The notes: generated by a model from the letters alone, not told the origin. A stretch of DNA of 64,000 nt from Felis catus (GCF_018350175.1 NC_058369.1:27034001-27098000); one strand, 5' to 3'. Counted from the first letter of the stretch, positions 37,600-51,000 are shown. Numbers and translations: made by a program.

Positions 37600-38024
37600 T
37601 GTGGTGGACATAGGTCCCCTGCTGGGGAATGTAGTTGAATACAGTCTTGCTGCCACCCTCTGGACCCACCACCACATTCACATGGAGGCCATACTTCCCC
37701 AAGTCTCTCCCCTAGCTAGTAACTGAGCAGAATGGGGTTCTAATTCAGGACTATTCCACCTCCCACAGGCAACGGTGGCTCATAGACACCCCACTGGCCT
37801 GCCAGAACCCCCATTAGGACTGCACTGCAGTGTGAAACCTACCTATGCAATCCTCTTTCCTTACCCTCCCCATTATAGGTGTCAGATCGTCACTGTGGTC
37901 AAAGGCCCTTTCCATCTTCTCCACACCCATTCCCTTATCCTTTGCCCACATTTCCCCTCAATACATTTCTTGCATTGCTAATTTCATCTTGGCATCTGCT
38001 TCTTGGAGGGCCCAAAGTAACACA
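37600..38024 (+). mobile_element. ERVL LTR16A/B-like solo LTR
   Basis: TG...CA termini, TSD AGCAG/AACAG, 3' end catcttggcatctgcttcttggagggcccaaagtaacaca. Confidence 0.82.
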
Positions 38025-38270
38025 AACAGAAAATGCAAAGGACTGAGGCAGGAGCATGCTGATATGATCGAGAAACATGAAAATTAGCATGTCAGGAACA
38101 GAATTAGAGAGGAGGAGAGTGATGGGGAATATGGACAGACACAGAGCAAGAGACCAAATCGTGAGGGTCTGGCAGGCACCATAAGGATCTAGAGTTTTAT
38201 TCTTTGTAATACAGGGACATCTTTGGAAGATTCTGAGCAGTGGAGAATGTGAGCTAACATTCTATCATTT

Positions 38271-38275
38271 ATCTG

Positions 38276-38313
<38 letters not shown>

Positions 38314-38520
38314 ATCTATCTATCTTAAAGTTTATTTATTTTGAGAGAGAGTATGAGCAGGGGCAGAGAAGAGAGAGAGGGAGAGAGAGAATACCAAGCA
38401 CAGGTTCCTGCTATCAGCAAAAGAATCCAACATGGGGCTCAATATCATGACCATGATATCGTGACCTGAGCTGAAATCAAGAGTCAGATGCTTAACAGAC
38501 TGAGGCACCCAGGAGGCCCG
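38271..38520 (-). mobile_element. Can-SINE with (TCTA)n microsatellite tail
   Basis: Canonical body at 38325-38520. TSD TCTATCATTT (38261-38270, 38522-38531). Confidence 0.92.
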
Positions 38521-39036
38521 ATCTATCATTTCAAAAGGACCCTTGTCACTGCTGCTTTGAGAGCAGATGATTGGAGAAAAGGGCAGAAGCAGGGAGACCA
38601 GCTTGGGGGCCACTGAAGAATCCAGATGAGAGATGGTGTTTGAAGGAAGTGGGTAGTGGGGGAAGTAGGGAGCAAGTGGATGAATTCTAAATACATTTGA
38701 AGACAGAGCCAGCAGGACTTGCTGATGGTTGAGCCTGAGGTATGACAGAAAGAAAAGCCAAAGATAACACTGAGATTTTTGGCCTGTGCAAATGGATTTA
38801 GCATTTACTGAGACAGGGAAGACTGGGTATTATGAAATATCATTATAGATTTTCTAGTTTAAATAGGTTTCTCCTGCCTGTGTGCTGCCAATGATGCTTC
38901 ATTGATGTTTCTACTTCATTACAAATCATATTCCTTATATCATGGTTGCAGCTGCTACTATTGCTACCTATCAATTAATGTGTACTTGGTGCCTGCTACA
39001 CAAACCATTATAGATACATAAAATCTTTATATATTT

Positions 39037-39039
<3 letters not shown>

Positions 39040-39086
<47 letters not shown>
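39040..39086. repeat. (TA)n microsatellite inside a MIR
   Basis: Direct read. Confidence 0.95.
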
Positions 39087-39088
<2 letters not shown>

Positions 39089-41011
39089 CCCGCATCTCTC
39101 ATTTAAACTTTACAACAACCTCATGAGATTAGCTCCAGGTTGGTTTTCTGTTTTGCTTTGTTTTGGCATAAGTTTATGTAGAGAGTTAGTGCCAGGCTCA
39201 GAACTGAATCCAGGATGGTGTGATTCTAATGCTGTGCTCTTCATTATCCCATGTGCTTCCTTTTGACCCATGTGGCTCTTCGGTAGCTGTTTTGTGTTCA
39301 CCACTGTCTCCATACCAGTCCATATGCTTCCTAACAAGTTGGTATTGAAATCAGCTTTATATACGCTACTTCAACTTCTAAGTTTCCCTGCGTAGACTAG
39401 GTTTGATAATTCTTGGTGGCATTTTGTGACTTGTATGTCTCTGACCATTGGCTTGATAATATCCAGTGGCTTCTGTGGTTGTCCCTTACCTGCCTGACAC
39501 TACATGGTCCCATTCGAAACTTCTGCCTGATTTTCAGTACTTGGTCATTGGACTCTATCTCCCTGTCATCTCTGGGCTACTCTGTACCAGAAACTTCAGG
39601 GAGAAGACCCGGCCTGAAATTTCTGGCCCTGACACCTCATTTCTGATGCTACTCATGATTCCAATGTCCGGGTTAGAAAGAGATTTAGAGACATTTAATT
39701 CTTTGCTTATGCATTCCCTTTCCCTGAATATCTGAAGCTCCCTTTCAGCTAGCTGAGTTAGTTATAACTTGAGAACACTTATGCTATTTGACATACACGA
39801 ATTATATAAGCAGGTTGGGTTTCTGCTGCAAAAGAAAAGCCAGAACAGCAAAAAATTGACTAATTGCGGACACACTTTTTCCTATCCATTCACAATCTTT
39901 TATATAAACTTGAACATTAACTCCTTATTATTTGGCAACAACAAAGTGCACTTGCAAAGACTCACCTTCAAAATGGCCAGCACTTTCTGACATCCTCCAG
40001 CTAATAATAACTGGACTGTGGACATCTGATCAGAATTAATTGCAGCAGACTGGAGTCCTGCAAATGTTAAAATGTCTTTAGTTTTACAGACCAATAGATG
40101 TTACGGTTCAGCAGTTCTGCATTATTAGTAAGCTTCTTGAATCTTGAGGGAGGGAGCCCAACAAACCATTGTAACCTTTATAAATTAAATGAGAATTAGT
40201 GCCTGTGCTTGTTGACTGTATCAAGAACAAGGATGCAGAATAAAAATAACACCTTTTTTTTATATCTACCAAACAATTTAATATAAAAAGCTCGATTTGC
40301 CTGAGCAAAAATAAAGCAGTCAGCTAAATATAAAGTATTCATCATATGCAGGGGAAATATCTGACATGTTTAGGGAGTAGACTGATAGACAAAGAGAAAG
40401 AAACCCTAATAAAAAGGTCAGAATGTAATTTAAGAGGTTAATGGTTAGACCATGATAGCCAAGAAAACATTAGTCTCCAAATCAAGGTGAAAGTCTGTGA
40501 CTTTCTAAAGGTCCTATCTAAACTCCTAAAGGACCAAGAGACTGGGATTTCTACATGTCACTTGTTCTTCCTGTGTTATATGTTCCCATTAACAAGTGGA
40601 ACGGCTTTATTATTGAGGACAAATAATAAAAATGGATGCATAGAGTTTGGGTAGATGGTCAAAATTTAAAATAGGCTACGTATAGCTGTGATAGGGTATA
40701 TGGTGGTATATGGGAGGGAATAATAGGTGGACATGAGAGAGAAACTCAAGAGACTTTTCATGCATTAACTATGGCATGACTATGGCAAAAAACAAGAAGT
40801 AGTTTTTGAAAACTGTTAGATTGGATTGGTAGAAATGAAATAATCTATTATTTTCATTAGCAACAAAGAGCATTCATCCCAATATATACCTGTTGACTAA
40901 CTTGTGCTTAGTGTCTCAGAGACAATAAGACATTCATATTGATTTTTCATTCATTATGCATAATTTATTATGCACCATCCATATATTAAGTATTGTGTTA
41001 GAACTCTAGGC

Positions 41012-41165
41012 CAAGGCTGGCAAGTCCTAGAACCTAGTGCCACCACATGCCCATTGTTCCCATAACAGACATCACCAATCAGCCACAACACTGGTATCAC
41101 CAATCAACCACAACACTAGTTCCATTGCTTCTGATTACGGTCTCAGAGTCTTTTTCAGCACAGAT
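41012..41165 (+). mobile_element. MER117-like hAT MITE fragment
   Basis: cccataacagacatcaccaatcagccacaacact...cggtctcagagtctttttcagcacag. Confidence 0.6.
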
Positions 41166-41569
41166 ATGGACTTTTGCTATTAGCACAGACCACACAGAGT
41201 TTACTGCAATAAAATGAGGTAGCAAAGAGTGAGAACCAGAATGAAATTAGAATGGTGAGGATAGGGAAATGAATACATTAGAAAGACACTAAAAGGGTAA
41301 AAGAGACAGGACATTGTCAGTGATTGGATGCTGGCTGGGGATGAAATTTGCTGGAGCAAAATTAATAATGACACCAAGGTTTCTAGCTTGCTCAACTGGG
41401 TAGACAAAACACCATTTATTGAGGCGTTTGAGGGAGAGGAACATCTGTAGGGGGAAAAATAAGCTTTAAATATTTTGAGTTTTAGTTTTCTGTGGGTCAT
41501 CCAAATAGAAATTAAGAAATTGGATATTTGAGTCTGTAATTCAGATGCATGATCAAAACTAATGAGGAG

Positions 41570-41820
41570 ACAGTTTAGAGGGTTGTTGTAACACATGGAC
41601 ACTGGAGTCCCATTATCTGGGTTTGAATCTTCATTCCACACGGTGCTAGCCGTATGACCTTGGTGAAGTTCCTTAGTATACCTTAACCTTGAGATTTTTC
41701 ATGGTTAGCATAGAGATAATTATAGTATCTATCTTAGAGGATCATCTTGAAGATGAAATGAATGCTGGCAACACACAGTGAGCACCATATGAATACTAGC
41801 TCTTATTTTTGTTGTCATTA
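41570..41820 (+). mobile_element. MIR
   Basis: ctgggtttgaatcttcattccacacggtgctagccgtatgaccttggtgaagtt. Confidence 0.8.
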
Positions 41821-42852
41821 CATCTAAACAGTGCTAAATATTTGTAGAATGAATGAATCCATGGGGTAACCCAGCGAAAGTTTAGAGAATGAGAAGACAA
41901 GAGGAATAAAAAATAAACTTGGGTTTATTATACCTTAATGAGTTGGTAATCTAGTTGTATGAAAATTCAAACGCCTTGATATGTCCATGAGTGAACAAAG
42001 AAAGATTCCAAATCCAAATGGTAATTCTTATCAGAACACAGAAAAGAAATTCAGTGTGACAGGCCAGAAGACTATTTGAGGACAAAATGAGGCAGCTAAC
42101 CTTGAACTAGGTAGGTCCTTCTAGAGGGACAGTTCTGTCCCAAAAGCAAGTGTTGGCTAGCCAGATACCCACAGTTGGTTAAAAGGCAAGATAAGGAAGC
42201 AAGACGCAAGGTTTCATTGATAACACTGGTTGGCAGAGTTGCGGCAAGCAGTATAGTGGCCAAAGCAGTTATTTCCATGTCGCTGGAAATAACAACATGA
42301 ATTCATAAATTTGGTGTACTCCCACAACAAACATGCTCCTGAAAAGGTAAACAAGGATCACAGCATTGTAAATCTGTGTTTTGCAACATATTGTGTTGTT
42401 GTGATCTATGTTATTAGTTACTCGTATAACTGGACTGGCAGGGCTTATAGAAACCAGTGCTAGTGAATGACACCCCATCCCACAGGTTCTCAAGCGAACC
42501 ACCACCACCCCGCCCCCACCCCAGGTCATCCTTGATTCCTCTCTTTGCTCTTCACTCCCTGAATTAATTAAGAGTACTCTTGACTCTAAGTTTCAAGGAC
42601 ATCTTACATCCATTATCCTTTTTACGTCTCCACTCCTATTCCTGATGCCAAACAGAATCTTCTCTCACCTGGGTGACCTGCAGTAGCCAGCAGTCTCTCT
42701 GCTTCTCCCTATAATCCATTCTCCAAATCAAGCCATGTAACTCCTCAGCTTAAAGTAAAGCCCAAATTTGTATGGGTTTTGTATGACCTATAAAGCTTTG
42801 TATGACCTGACCCCTGCCTACTTCCTTCATTTTGTCCTTCTTCCCATCTTCT

Positions 42853-42870
42853 TTTTTTAATTTTAATTTT

Positions 42871-42910
<40 letters not shown>

Positions 42911-43084
42911 AAGTGAGCAGGGAAGGAGGAGGAGGAGGAGGAGGAGAAAGAGGAGGGGAGAGGGAATTCCAAGTAGTCTCCATGTCTGATATGTGGCTAG
43001 ATCCCATGATCCTAGGATCATGACCTGAGCTGAAATCAAGAGTCAGACACTCAATCTACTGGGCCACCCAGGCGCCCCCCCTCC
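42853..43084 (-). mobile_element. Can-SINE within a plus-strand L2 (~42520-44020)
   Basis: Canonical body with (GA)n/(GGA)n. TSD CTTCCCATCTTCT (42840-42852, 43085-43097). Confidence 0.94.
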
Positions 43085-43429
43085 CTTCCCATCTTCTAAT
43101 ATGCTTTAGCTTCACTGGCCTTCTTACTCTTCTCAAATACACCAATCTCTTTCTCACCTGAAGGCCTTTACATCACCTGCTCTTCCTTCAGGTCCTGTAG
43201 AGTTTCAGAAGCCTGATCCCTTCTAATCACTGGGTTTCTCATTTCAAGTATGTTCCCCTCAGGGAGCATGTTACAGACACTCTGTACATCCCCATTTCCC
43301 TGGTCACTTTCTAAGAAATCCTGTTCAATTGTCTTCACTGCCATTTTCTGATATTTTCACCTTGCTTTATTTGCAACTTTTTTGTTATTGTCACCCCCAC
43401 TAGAATGTAATTTCCACAGTAGCAGAGAC

Positions 43430-43925
43430 CAGGGCTGGCCAGCTTATCCACTGGATACAGTAGGCACAGTGCCTTAAACCGGTGATACTTTTGGGGCCCA
43501 TGAAAATGTTTTAATTTCTTTAAAAATTAGGGGAAATGGGCATAATAACTCCAATGAATATGAAATAAGGAATCCAGGCTGGATTAAATTTGTTTTTAAA
43601 TATAGTCATAAAATACAATTTTTAATACTAAAAAAAAATTTATTGTCAGTTTGAGAGAGAGAGAGACAGGGAAAGCAAGCACGAGTGGCAGAGGGGCAAA
43701 GAGAGAGAGAGAGAGAAAGAGAAGGAGACACATAATCTAAACCAGGCTCCAGCCTCTGTGAGGCTTCAGGCGCTAAGCTGTCAGCACAGAGCCTGACATG
43801 GGGCTTGAACTCATGGACCATGAGATCATGACCTGAGCTGAAGTTGGACGCCTAACCCACTGAGCCAACCATATGCCCCTAATATTTTTATGGTTGAAGG
43901 AGTCCATGAAAGTCATAGGTAGCCA
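43430..43925 (+). mobile_element. MER53-like hAT MITE split by a Can-SINE
   Basis: cagggctggccagcttatcc...cagtaggcacagtgcct...ggggcccatgaaaatgttttaattt; resumes aatattttatggttgaagg...ccatgaaagtcata after the SINE. Confidence 0.6.
43628..43879 (-). mobile_element. Can-SINE (SINEC_Fc-like)
   Basis: gctgtcagcacagagcctgacatggggcttgaactcatggaccatgagatcatgacctgagctgaagttggacg. Confidence 0.94.
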
Positions 43926-46589
43926 TGATGGGGACTTTGTCAGTCTTGTTCATGGCAGTGACTCCAGCACCTAGAACTATACTGGGCACAGAGCAAGCTC
44001 TCAAAATGACTTTGTTGTTCAGATAAATTTAAGTAGCTTAATAACTTTGGAGTCTGGTCTAATAGAACCCAGGTTGTGTGTATATACACATGTGCATGTA
44101 GGTACATGTGGTCATGTGTGTTGGACATATTCTTTTTGTCCCCTACATCCACTGTCTGCCCTTGTCTACTTGGCTCTGGGAATGAGGAAGCTGATTTCTA
44201 TGTATTCCTATGGTTTCAGATTGAGTTCAGCCAAGGGGCAGCGCCAGCAGGAGATCTGAGAATGGGACAGTGAGGTCTCAGGATTTATTCCTGGGGTGCC
44301 CTCTCTGCTGAAGAGTCAAAATGGACCTCCTTCCCCCATTACCCTAATGACCGCTGATAATAATGATAATAATAATAATAATAATAGTACTAATTAGTAT
44401 TTACTGAGATTAAATCTGGTGTCAATATTTTTATGTAGCAAAATGATATGATAGCATGATTGACAGCCTTTATTTTATACTTGAGTTTTGCAGCACAAAA
44501 ATGTACTGCATCAGTGTCCTCAAAGGTCTCTCTTGATCATTTGACATTCATATGTTCTCTTCCAATGTCCCTTTTCTCTCTCCATGCTTGTAAGCTTTTC
44601 CTTCTTTTGTTAGTAGGTCTAGCTTTATTATGTCTTCACTTGTCAATGGATGTAGTACGTGATTGAGCAACTTTCCAATATCACTGTCATTAACTTTATG
44701 AAATATTGACTCTTATGCAGTCTATGTGATTTCATGAGCAATGTGTTTGCTCTCTGGTTCCCCTGAACTTAGCCCAATTACTGTGTCATGATGTGAGCCT
44801 TTAATATTAAGTGGTCCTTGTTTCTGCAGGAATGCTAGCATCCTGTTTCCCAAGCTTCTATTATAAAAGAATCCACATAGCACTTAAAAAACACTTTAGT
44901 TCCTGTAGGAAAAGTTTTGTTTTTTTCATGATAAAAGTAGATATATGGTAAAGCCTAAGTTCTTGCAATAAGCAAAAGACTATGTGGTTCCTGGTTTCTA
45001 TGGCATAAAGAGTATGTTTCCACTTTGTTGGCTGCTCTTTGTTCTTCCCTTTTTTCTTTTTACTTCTGTCATTTTCTGTAGAAGAATCAAAATTTCAAAA
45101 TATACAAAATCTAAAGCTAAGATCTTGAAGTCATTTTAAAGATAAGTGATGGATAATTAAATGAGACAATATACGTAAATGTACTTTTAAAAGTATCTAA
45201 AATTAATTACTCAGGTAAATTTGGTTTTAATATATAATACAGTATTAGCCCTAATGGCTAAGTTCATTATAATAATCAGTATATAAATTTCCTGGTAATA
45301 TGACAAGTGCTTGGAAGTACATCTCATAAATTATTAGTAAAATGTGAGATAACTAACATTCATTTTTACATTTATTTTAGACAAGGATTTTTGTCATATT
45401 TCTAAGTAGCTCACAGCTATATAGGTAAGTTCTTTTGATTTCTTCATTTTATCAGCTCTCAAAATGGCAGTAATATTTTATAGTGTTCCCAAAATATTTG
45501 CTTTGCTAAACCATATAAATTATATCTCATGCCTAATCATTAGCACATCATCATAGTGAAATTTAGATAATAGTTGGAGGCATCAACATTTAATTATGAG
45601 TTATGATTTTCATGATATTCTTACATGAGTGTTTCATCAATAGCTCTGGTCTGACAAAGCCAAGTTTGACCCTTTATATTATCTGCTTTCCCTCCTCCAG
45701 GGTACTCCTTCAGTATAATGGCACTCTGATTTTTGCAGTAACTTAGGGCAAACATTTCTAGGTCATCTTCCATTTGTTCCTCTACTGCCATCTCCACCCC
45801 TCTTCCTCCTCCTTCCCCGAGTCCTCCATCTAAGAAATCATCTGATCCTGTTGCTTTTTTCCAGAAGGGGAACAGGGAGGAAGATGTCTGACAGGGAGCT
45901 GTACAGAGACATGGCATATTTGAAAACCGACGCTCAGTGCTGACAGGATACTGACTGAGTCTTGGGGGAGAGCAGTGGTGGGAGATCAGCATGTTGAGGA
46001 AGATCCTGTAATGCCTTCAAGGTCTTGCTTAGGAATTTGGATTTTATACCTTACTCAGAGGGAAGTCACTGGGAAACAACAACAATAACAACAGAAAAAT
46101 GTAGGATTGGAGATTAGCATGGTAAGTGCAATGAAAGGAAGGTGAGGAAGTTTCACGTGCTGATAAAAGAGTGGTTGACAGGAAAACAGGGAACATGGGC
46201 TCATCAGGGAAGGAACTAAAGCTGAAGATTGAGGGAGGGGGTGGGTCATACCAGGAGAGAAAGGAGTGATGCCAGAGAGCAGTATAGAAAGAATGAAGAA
46301 GCAGAGCAAGTAGAGGATGTAAGGTGGTGGTCAGAGGGAAATTTCAGACTTAGAGGTTTGAAAAGAGTATGATCCTGAGAGTCACTTATGTCAGGTCCAC
46401 AGTGAATACCTTTGAAATAGATGAGGGGCAAGAAACTGGGAGGCGAGGGCTTTGGTGGTTGTCATTATGGAGGCTATTGTTATTACAAGAATGGATGGCA
46501 GTGTTCAGAGTGGAAAGGAAATTTTCAACATATGGAGGAGTATGAAGTGGATGTTGGTGGATGCTGGGAATGGGGCAAAGCAGAAGAGC

Positions 46590-46820
46590 TTATCAGTTAA
46601 GAGCACCAGCTGGGTTTGAATCCTGGCTCCACCACTTTCTGTTTGTGTGGCCCTGGGAAAGTTAGGTTCGTACCTTTGTTTCTTCATTTGCAAAATAGAG
46701 ATGATAGCAGTAATAACTTTCACAAAGTCATTATCAATATTACACAAGATAAAGCATTAAAGCTCTCAGAAAAGTGCCAAGCTCACAGTGGGTGCCCAGT
46801 CAATATTAGCCATTATAACT
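46590..46820 (+). mobile_element. MIR
   Basis: ctgggtttgaatcctggctccaccact...tgtgtggccctgggaaagtta...tttcttcatttgcaaaatagagatgatagcagta. Confidence 0.88.
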
Positions 46821-47599
46821 CAGAGGTAGAGAAGTAAAAGTTGTTTTTGGCCTTGGAAGGAGGCAGGAAAATATTGGCTCTCCTTCCTGATGAGGGTAAG
46901 AAAAAAAAAGTGCCTGGGAGAAAAATATGTCCATATTTAAAACAAACTTATATTAAAAAAACCCCTATCTTCATGTACAATAAATGTCATTGAGAATTTA
47001 AGGTAGCTTCTTGGCAATGGACTGAACTTCTGGAGATCTCTGGGGAATGACAGCTGTCCAGAGGATCTGACTCATGGCCAGGACAATGGACAACAGTGAT
47101 GAGAGAGGCAGAGCGGTGAGATATAGAGATAAGAGACAGATTGGCTACTCAGCCTTGGAATTTCAAATGGAACTCTGAAGAGGGGTGGTGGGTAGTATGT
47201 TTGCAACATCCCATTCTCTGGTGTAGACAGTAGACACAGTTATGACTAGTTTGGTTGCACAATAGGAGCCTCAGATTGGAGGTTTATCAGAGTGCATTTT
47301 AGTTGAGTGTTCTGAGAAATCAGAAAATGCCATGGGGGACCAGCTCATTTAAGCAGATGTGACAGATTCAGATGTAAAATATTGTATTCTGTTTGCTCTT
47401 GGAATTTTCTCTAAAACAATTAATTCTACCCATATCTTAAACCTCATTTAATTTTACTTTAGATTATTGAGTTAAGTCTGGAGCTTACCTTTTGGATGTA
47501 ACCACTTTGTCTTCCTGGTTGTAACTCTTGCCTCTTGGGGAATAATTTGGCTATACTTCCTTAAGACATAGCAGTCTCAGACTACTTTGGATAACCCCC

Positions 47600-48047
47600 A
47601 TCTTAGATTGGGTTCACTGGAACCATACTTAAAGATGAAAAGTTAGGTGCAGAAAGTTTATTGGGAAGTGCTCTCAGGAGATACACCTGTGAGGAGGCAA
47701 GGATGGCAGCGTTGGGCAGAAAGAGAAGCTGATATGCAGTGAGGTTGCAGCAGAGGCTTCAACCAACCCTACAGGGGCTCTAGGCTGAGATGGCCTTTCA
47801 GAGTTGTCCCCCTTGAGGCCAAGGAACCCGATATTTATAGCCAGTCATTGACTGTGGATTGCTCCTTGGGAATGGGCATAAACTTGGGTGAGGTAGTTCC
47901 CTGAGGCTGAGGGAATATTCCAATGAGGGATACTTCCAGGAGCCTTTATTAGCCAACATTTCCAGCTGATGAGGGATGGGTGTTGGCCTTTGAGAGCAGC
48001 CACAGTGTTGCTCTCTGGCCAGGCAAAGCACCACAGTACCTACTACA
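47600..48047 (-). mobile_element. ERVL LTR16-family solo LTR
   Basis: tgcagaaagtttattgggaagtgctctcagg...gatggcctttcagagttgtccc...ccagtcattgactgtgg...ccacagtacctactaca. Confidence 0.82.
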
Positions 48048-51000
48048 TCCTCTTTGTACAATGTACACACAGTGTACACACAGATTTTCCAATGTACACA
48101 CAGTGACTGATTAAAATTACCCATACAACTGGTCTTAGTTTCTGTAGGGTCATGTTGGGGGTGAGATGGGGGATGAAGAAAGAGAAAGGGAGTCAAACAG
48201 GAACAGTAGGAGAAGGCTGAAATCTTATTTCACACCCTTCACAATTTTGCCCAGGGTCACCCACAAGAGGCAAGGCCAAATACACCACAGAGAACGAAGG
48301 CTGGTGTAACAAATGTGGAAATTACTCCCATGGGCCATGCAAAAAAGAAGAAGTTTGTGCATTTTGTACTACTGTCTCTTTCCTTAGCTGCACATCTACA
48401 GACCATCTTTAATATCTATGAGGTCATCATTCCACTTGGCAACACTACTGTGGAATTACACAGAAATTGATCTACATATCACATGGCGGCTAACAACGAG
48501 GAGAATGAGCTTTCAGTGATTATTGAAAAGTTAAGGGACTAATTATGACAAAACTACTGCCTTCTCTGGAGAAGTTACCCTTGCAGAAGAAAGAGCAGTG
48601 CATCCTCCCACTAGGAGAATTTTTTAAAAGATAAGAGCTTGGCTCTTAATATTAAATTAAAGGTAATAAAGAAAATTTTAAACTCTGAGGGACTAAAATA
48701 ATGGTAGTTCTGTTCTAATGTATGGAGTTTTGAAATGTCTGATAAAAAAAGTACCATCTGGGCTGTACCAGGACTATAAAATTAATATCCACTGACCTGT
48801 CTGAAATATGCTCTCGTGAGTGATTGTGTCTCCAGCAGGTTATTTGGCTTTTCTTAGTACCAAAAATGTGCATCATCCACCATAGGGATGGGAAAGATCT
48901 CCTTTTAGGGGTGATTATTGAGTTATTGCCCCATGATCTCAGAGAATTTTTGATCCCCTGACCACCAAGAGGCCACTTTCGATACTTTCAATTCCAAAAG
49001 CAAAAGTCATGGAACACTCCTCCCTGTTATTCGCTGGGAAAATTTCTAAATGATGACAATTCTCTTATTCCCTGGAAAAGAATAAAGGAATATGGAAGAT
49101 GTGTTAGAAAGAAATTTCAGATATATCCCTCTTCATTAAAGTGTGAATTTCACTCTAAATGTGCTCATTTCCTAAGTTGTAAATTATAGTCCGAAAAAAA
49201 AAAATAGAACCTGGCTATTCCCAAGTTTATGAAATCACGTAGTCTTTCCTGATGAAAAATTCCCTGCTCAACAACCAATTTGCCACTAATGATAATAAGG
49301 TCATCCAAGTGCACAGCTGTTGGGTTTCCAATGTACACACAGTGACTGGTTAAAATTACCCAGCAAAACCATGGAAGTGGGCTGTTATACTGGTTGGAAA
49401 GTTGTACATAGAAAGAAGCCATAGGCATTGATGGAAACTGGTTGGTCAGCCTGCCGTTAATTAGCAAGGGAAAACTCTCCTGTTTTAAATAATTTATACC
49501 TGCATCCAAAGTAGGTAATAGGAGTATAACAAAGGAAGCATTACTGCTTACCAGGAGAACTTCTCCAAACACAATTTACCAGCATAAGAGGTAACTGGGT
49601 TTGAATACAGTTGTGACAAAGCTCAGCCTGAACAATTGACTCTTCTGATGAAATGATTTAATGTGCAACTGAAACTAGTTTGTCTACTAACCTAGGTATA
49701 AGGAGCATGTGGTGCTTTCGTATCTTTGGTGGGCAAACAGCCTCAGACATTTTTCGTTGTTTATTCTATACTTTTAGGGACAAGAAAAATATCTTAGATC
49801 CTTAGACCATTTCTTTTTTGTGTATTTGACTTAAATAGCTGGCAAAGCCATTGAAATAAGTGCCATTTTATTAAATGGGAAAAATGTAGATTGATTCTAT
49901 TCATATAAATAATAAATTCTCTGAACATGTAAAATATTTCTGAAGCTGCATTAATGCACATTTGCATTTCTCTTTAATATGAAACAGCTGTTGTATTTTT
50001 CATTTTATGGCATTTTAAAGAGAAGGAAAGGATTGGGAACCAACATGAATCACAGGTCCCTACTGCATTTCGTTAAAGACAATATCACATTAATTCCTGT
50101 TGCTTCTGAGTCTGGTGGAGAACAGAAACTTGCTTCATTTTTAAAACCCTGAAACTTAACATAGAAACTTTAATGTAAGCATTTAAATTATCAACTTGGA
50201 ATGAGAAAGTGAGTCAGACCTGATATGCATCAGCCTAACTGCACCACTCTGGATTTAGGAGCTGGAAAGGTATAGAATTTACTTACATAAATCAAATCAT
50301 CCTGATGAAAGGTAGCCACGTAAATCCCCATTTTTCACCTGGCATTCTCATTTGGATAGAAGAATTGATTCTTTTAGCAGTGGATTCAGCTGCCTTCCTT
50401 CTTTTGCTAACATGGTTTCTTTACAATTATGCAAACTAAATTTCAGTCACCTTCTTTATCATGGCCTTGGGAAATAAAAACCTGGCTGGTTAAATACAGC
50501 TGATGTTTTTCATTATAGTTTGATAACCTACATTCCACATACAATAACCAAACCTAGATTTTTTTTTCCTGACATCCTGAGCTGAAAATCAAATTAATTT
50601 TCAGTCACCCTGGACTTGTGGCTTCGTATTTTCAATAGGATTCTTAGTGTACACTCTAAGAGGACATTTTGTTCTCCTTTCTGCCTTCTTCCTCTTATGA
50701 TTCTATACTTTGGCGTTATGGCCTCAGGGGGAAAAACACTATATTTTAGAGTCAAATATATGTTGGGCAGGATTTTGACTGCTTCTTGTCTGCTGTGTGA
50801 ATTTGGCAAGTTAAGTGAGCATTCTGAGCTTTAGGATCTCTGTTTGTTAAATGAGAATATTTAATTGTTGCCTCCAAAAATTTTTATAAGGGCTGAAGGG
50901 GAAAATATGAGTAAAAATACTCCATTGCCTAGGACCCAGTAGGAGCTCACAGATGGTGGCCTTCTCTCTCCTTCTCTCTTTCTCCTTTTTTCCCTCTCAC

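Larger units (their letters stand above)
37230..38830 (-). mobile_element. L2, interrupted by LTR16 and a Can-SINE
   Basis: attcatttattaaaagcatatgtattg...catgaagcttacattctagtagg...tctaggtagagggagcag | aacagaaaatgcaaaggactgaggcagg...gagccagcaggacttgctgatgg. Confidence 0.85.
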
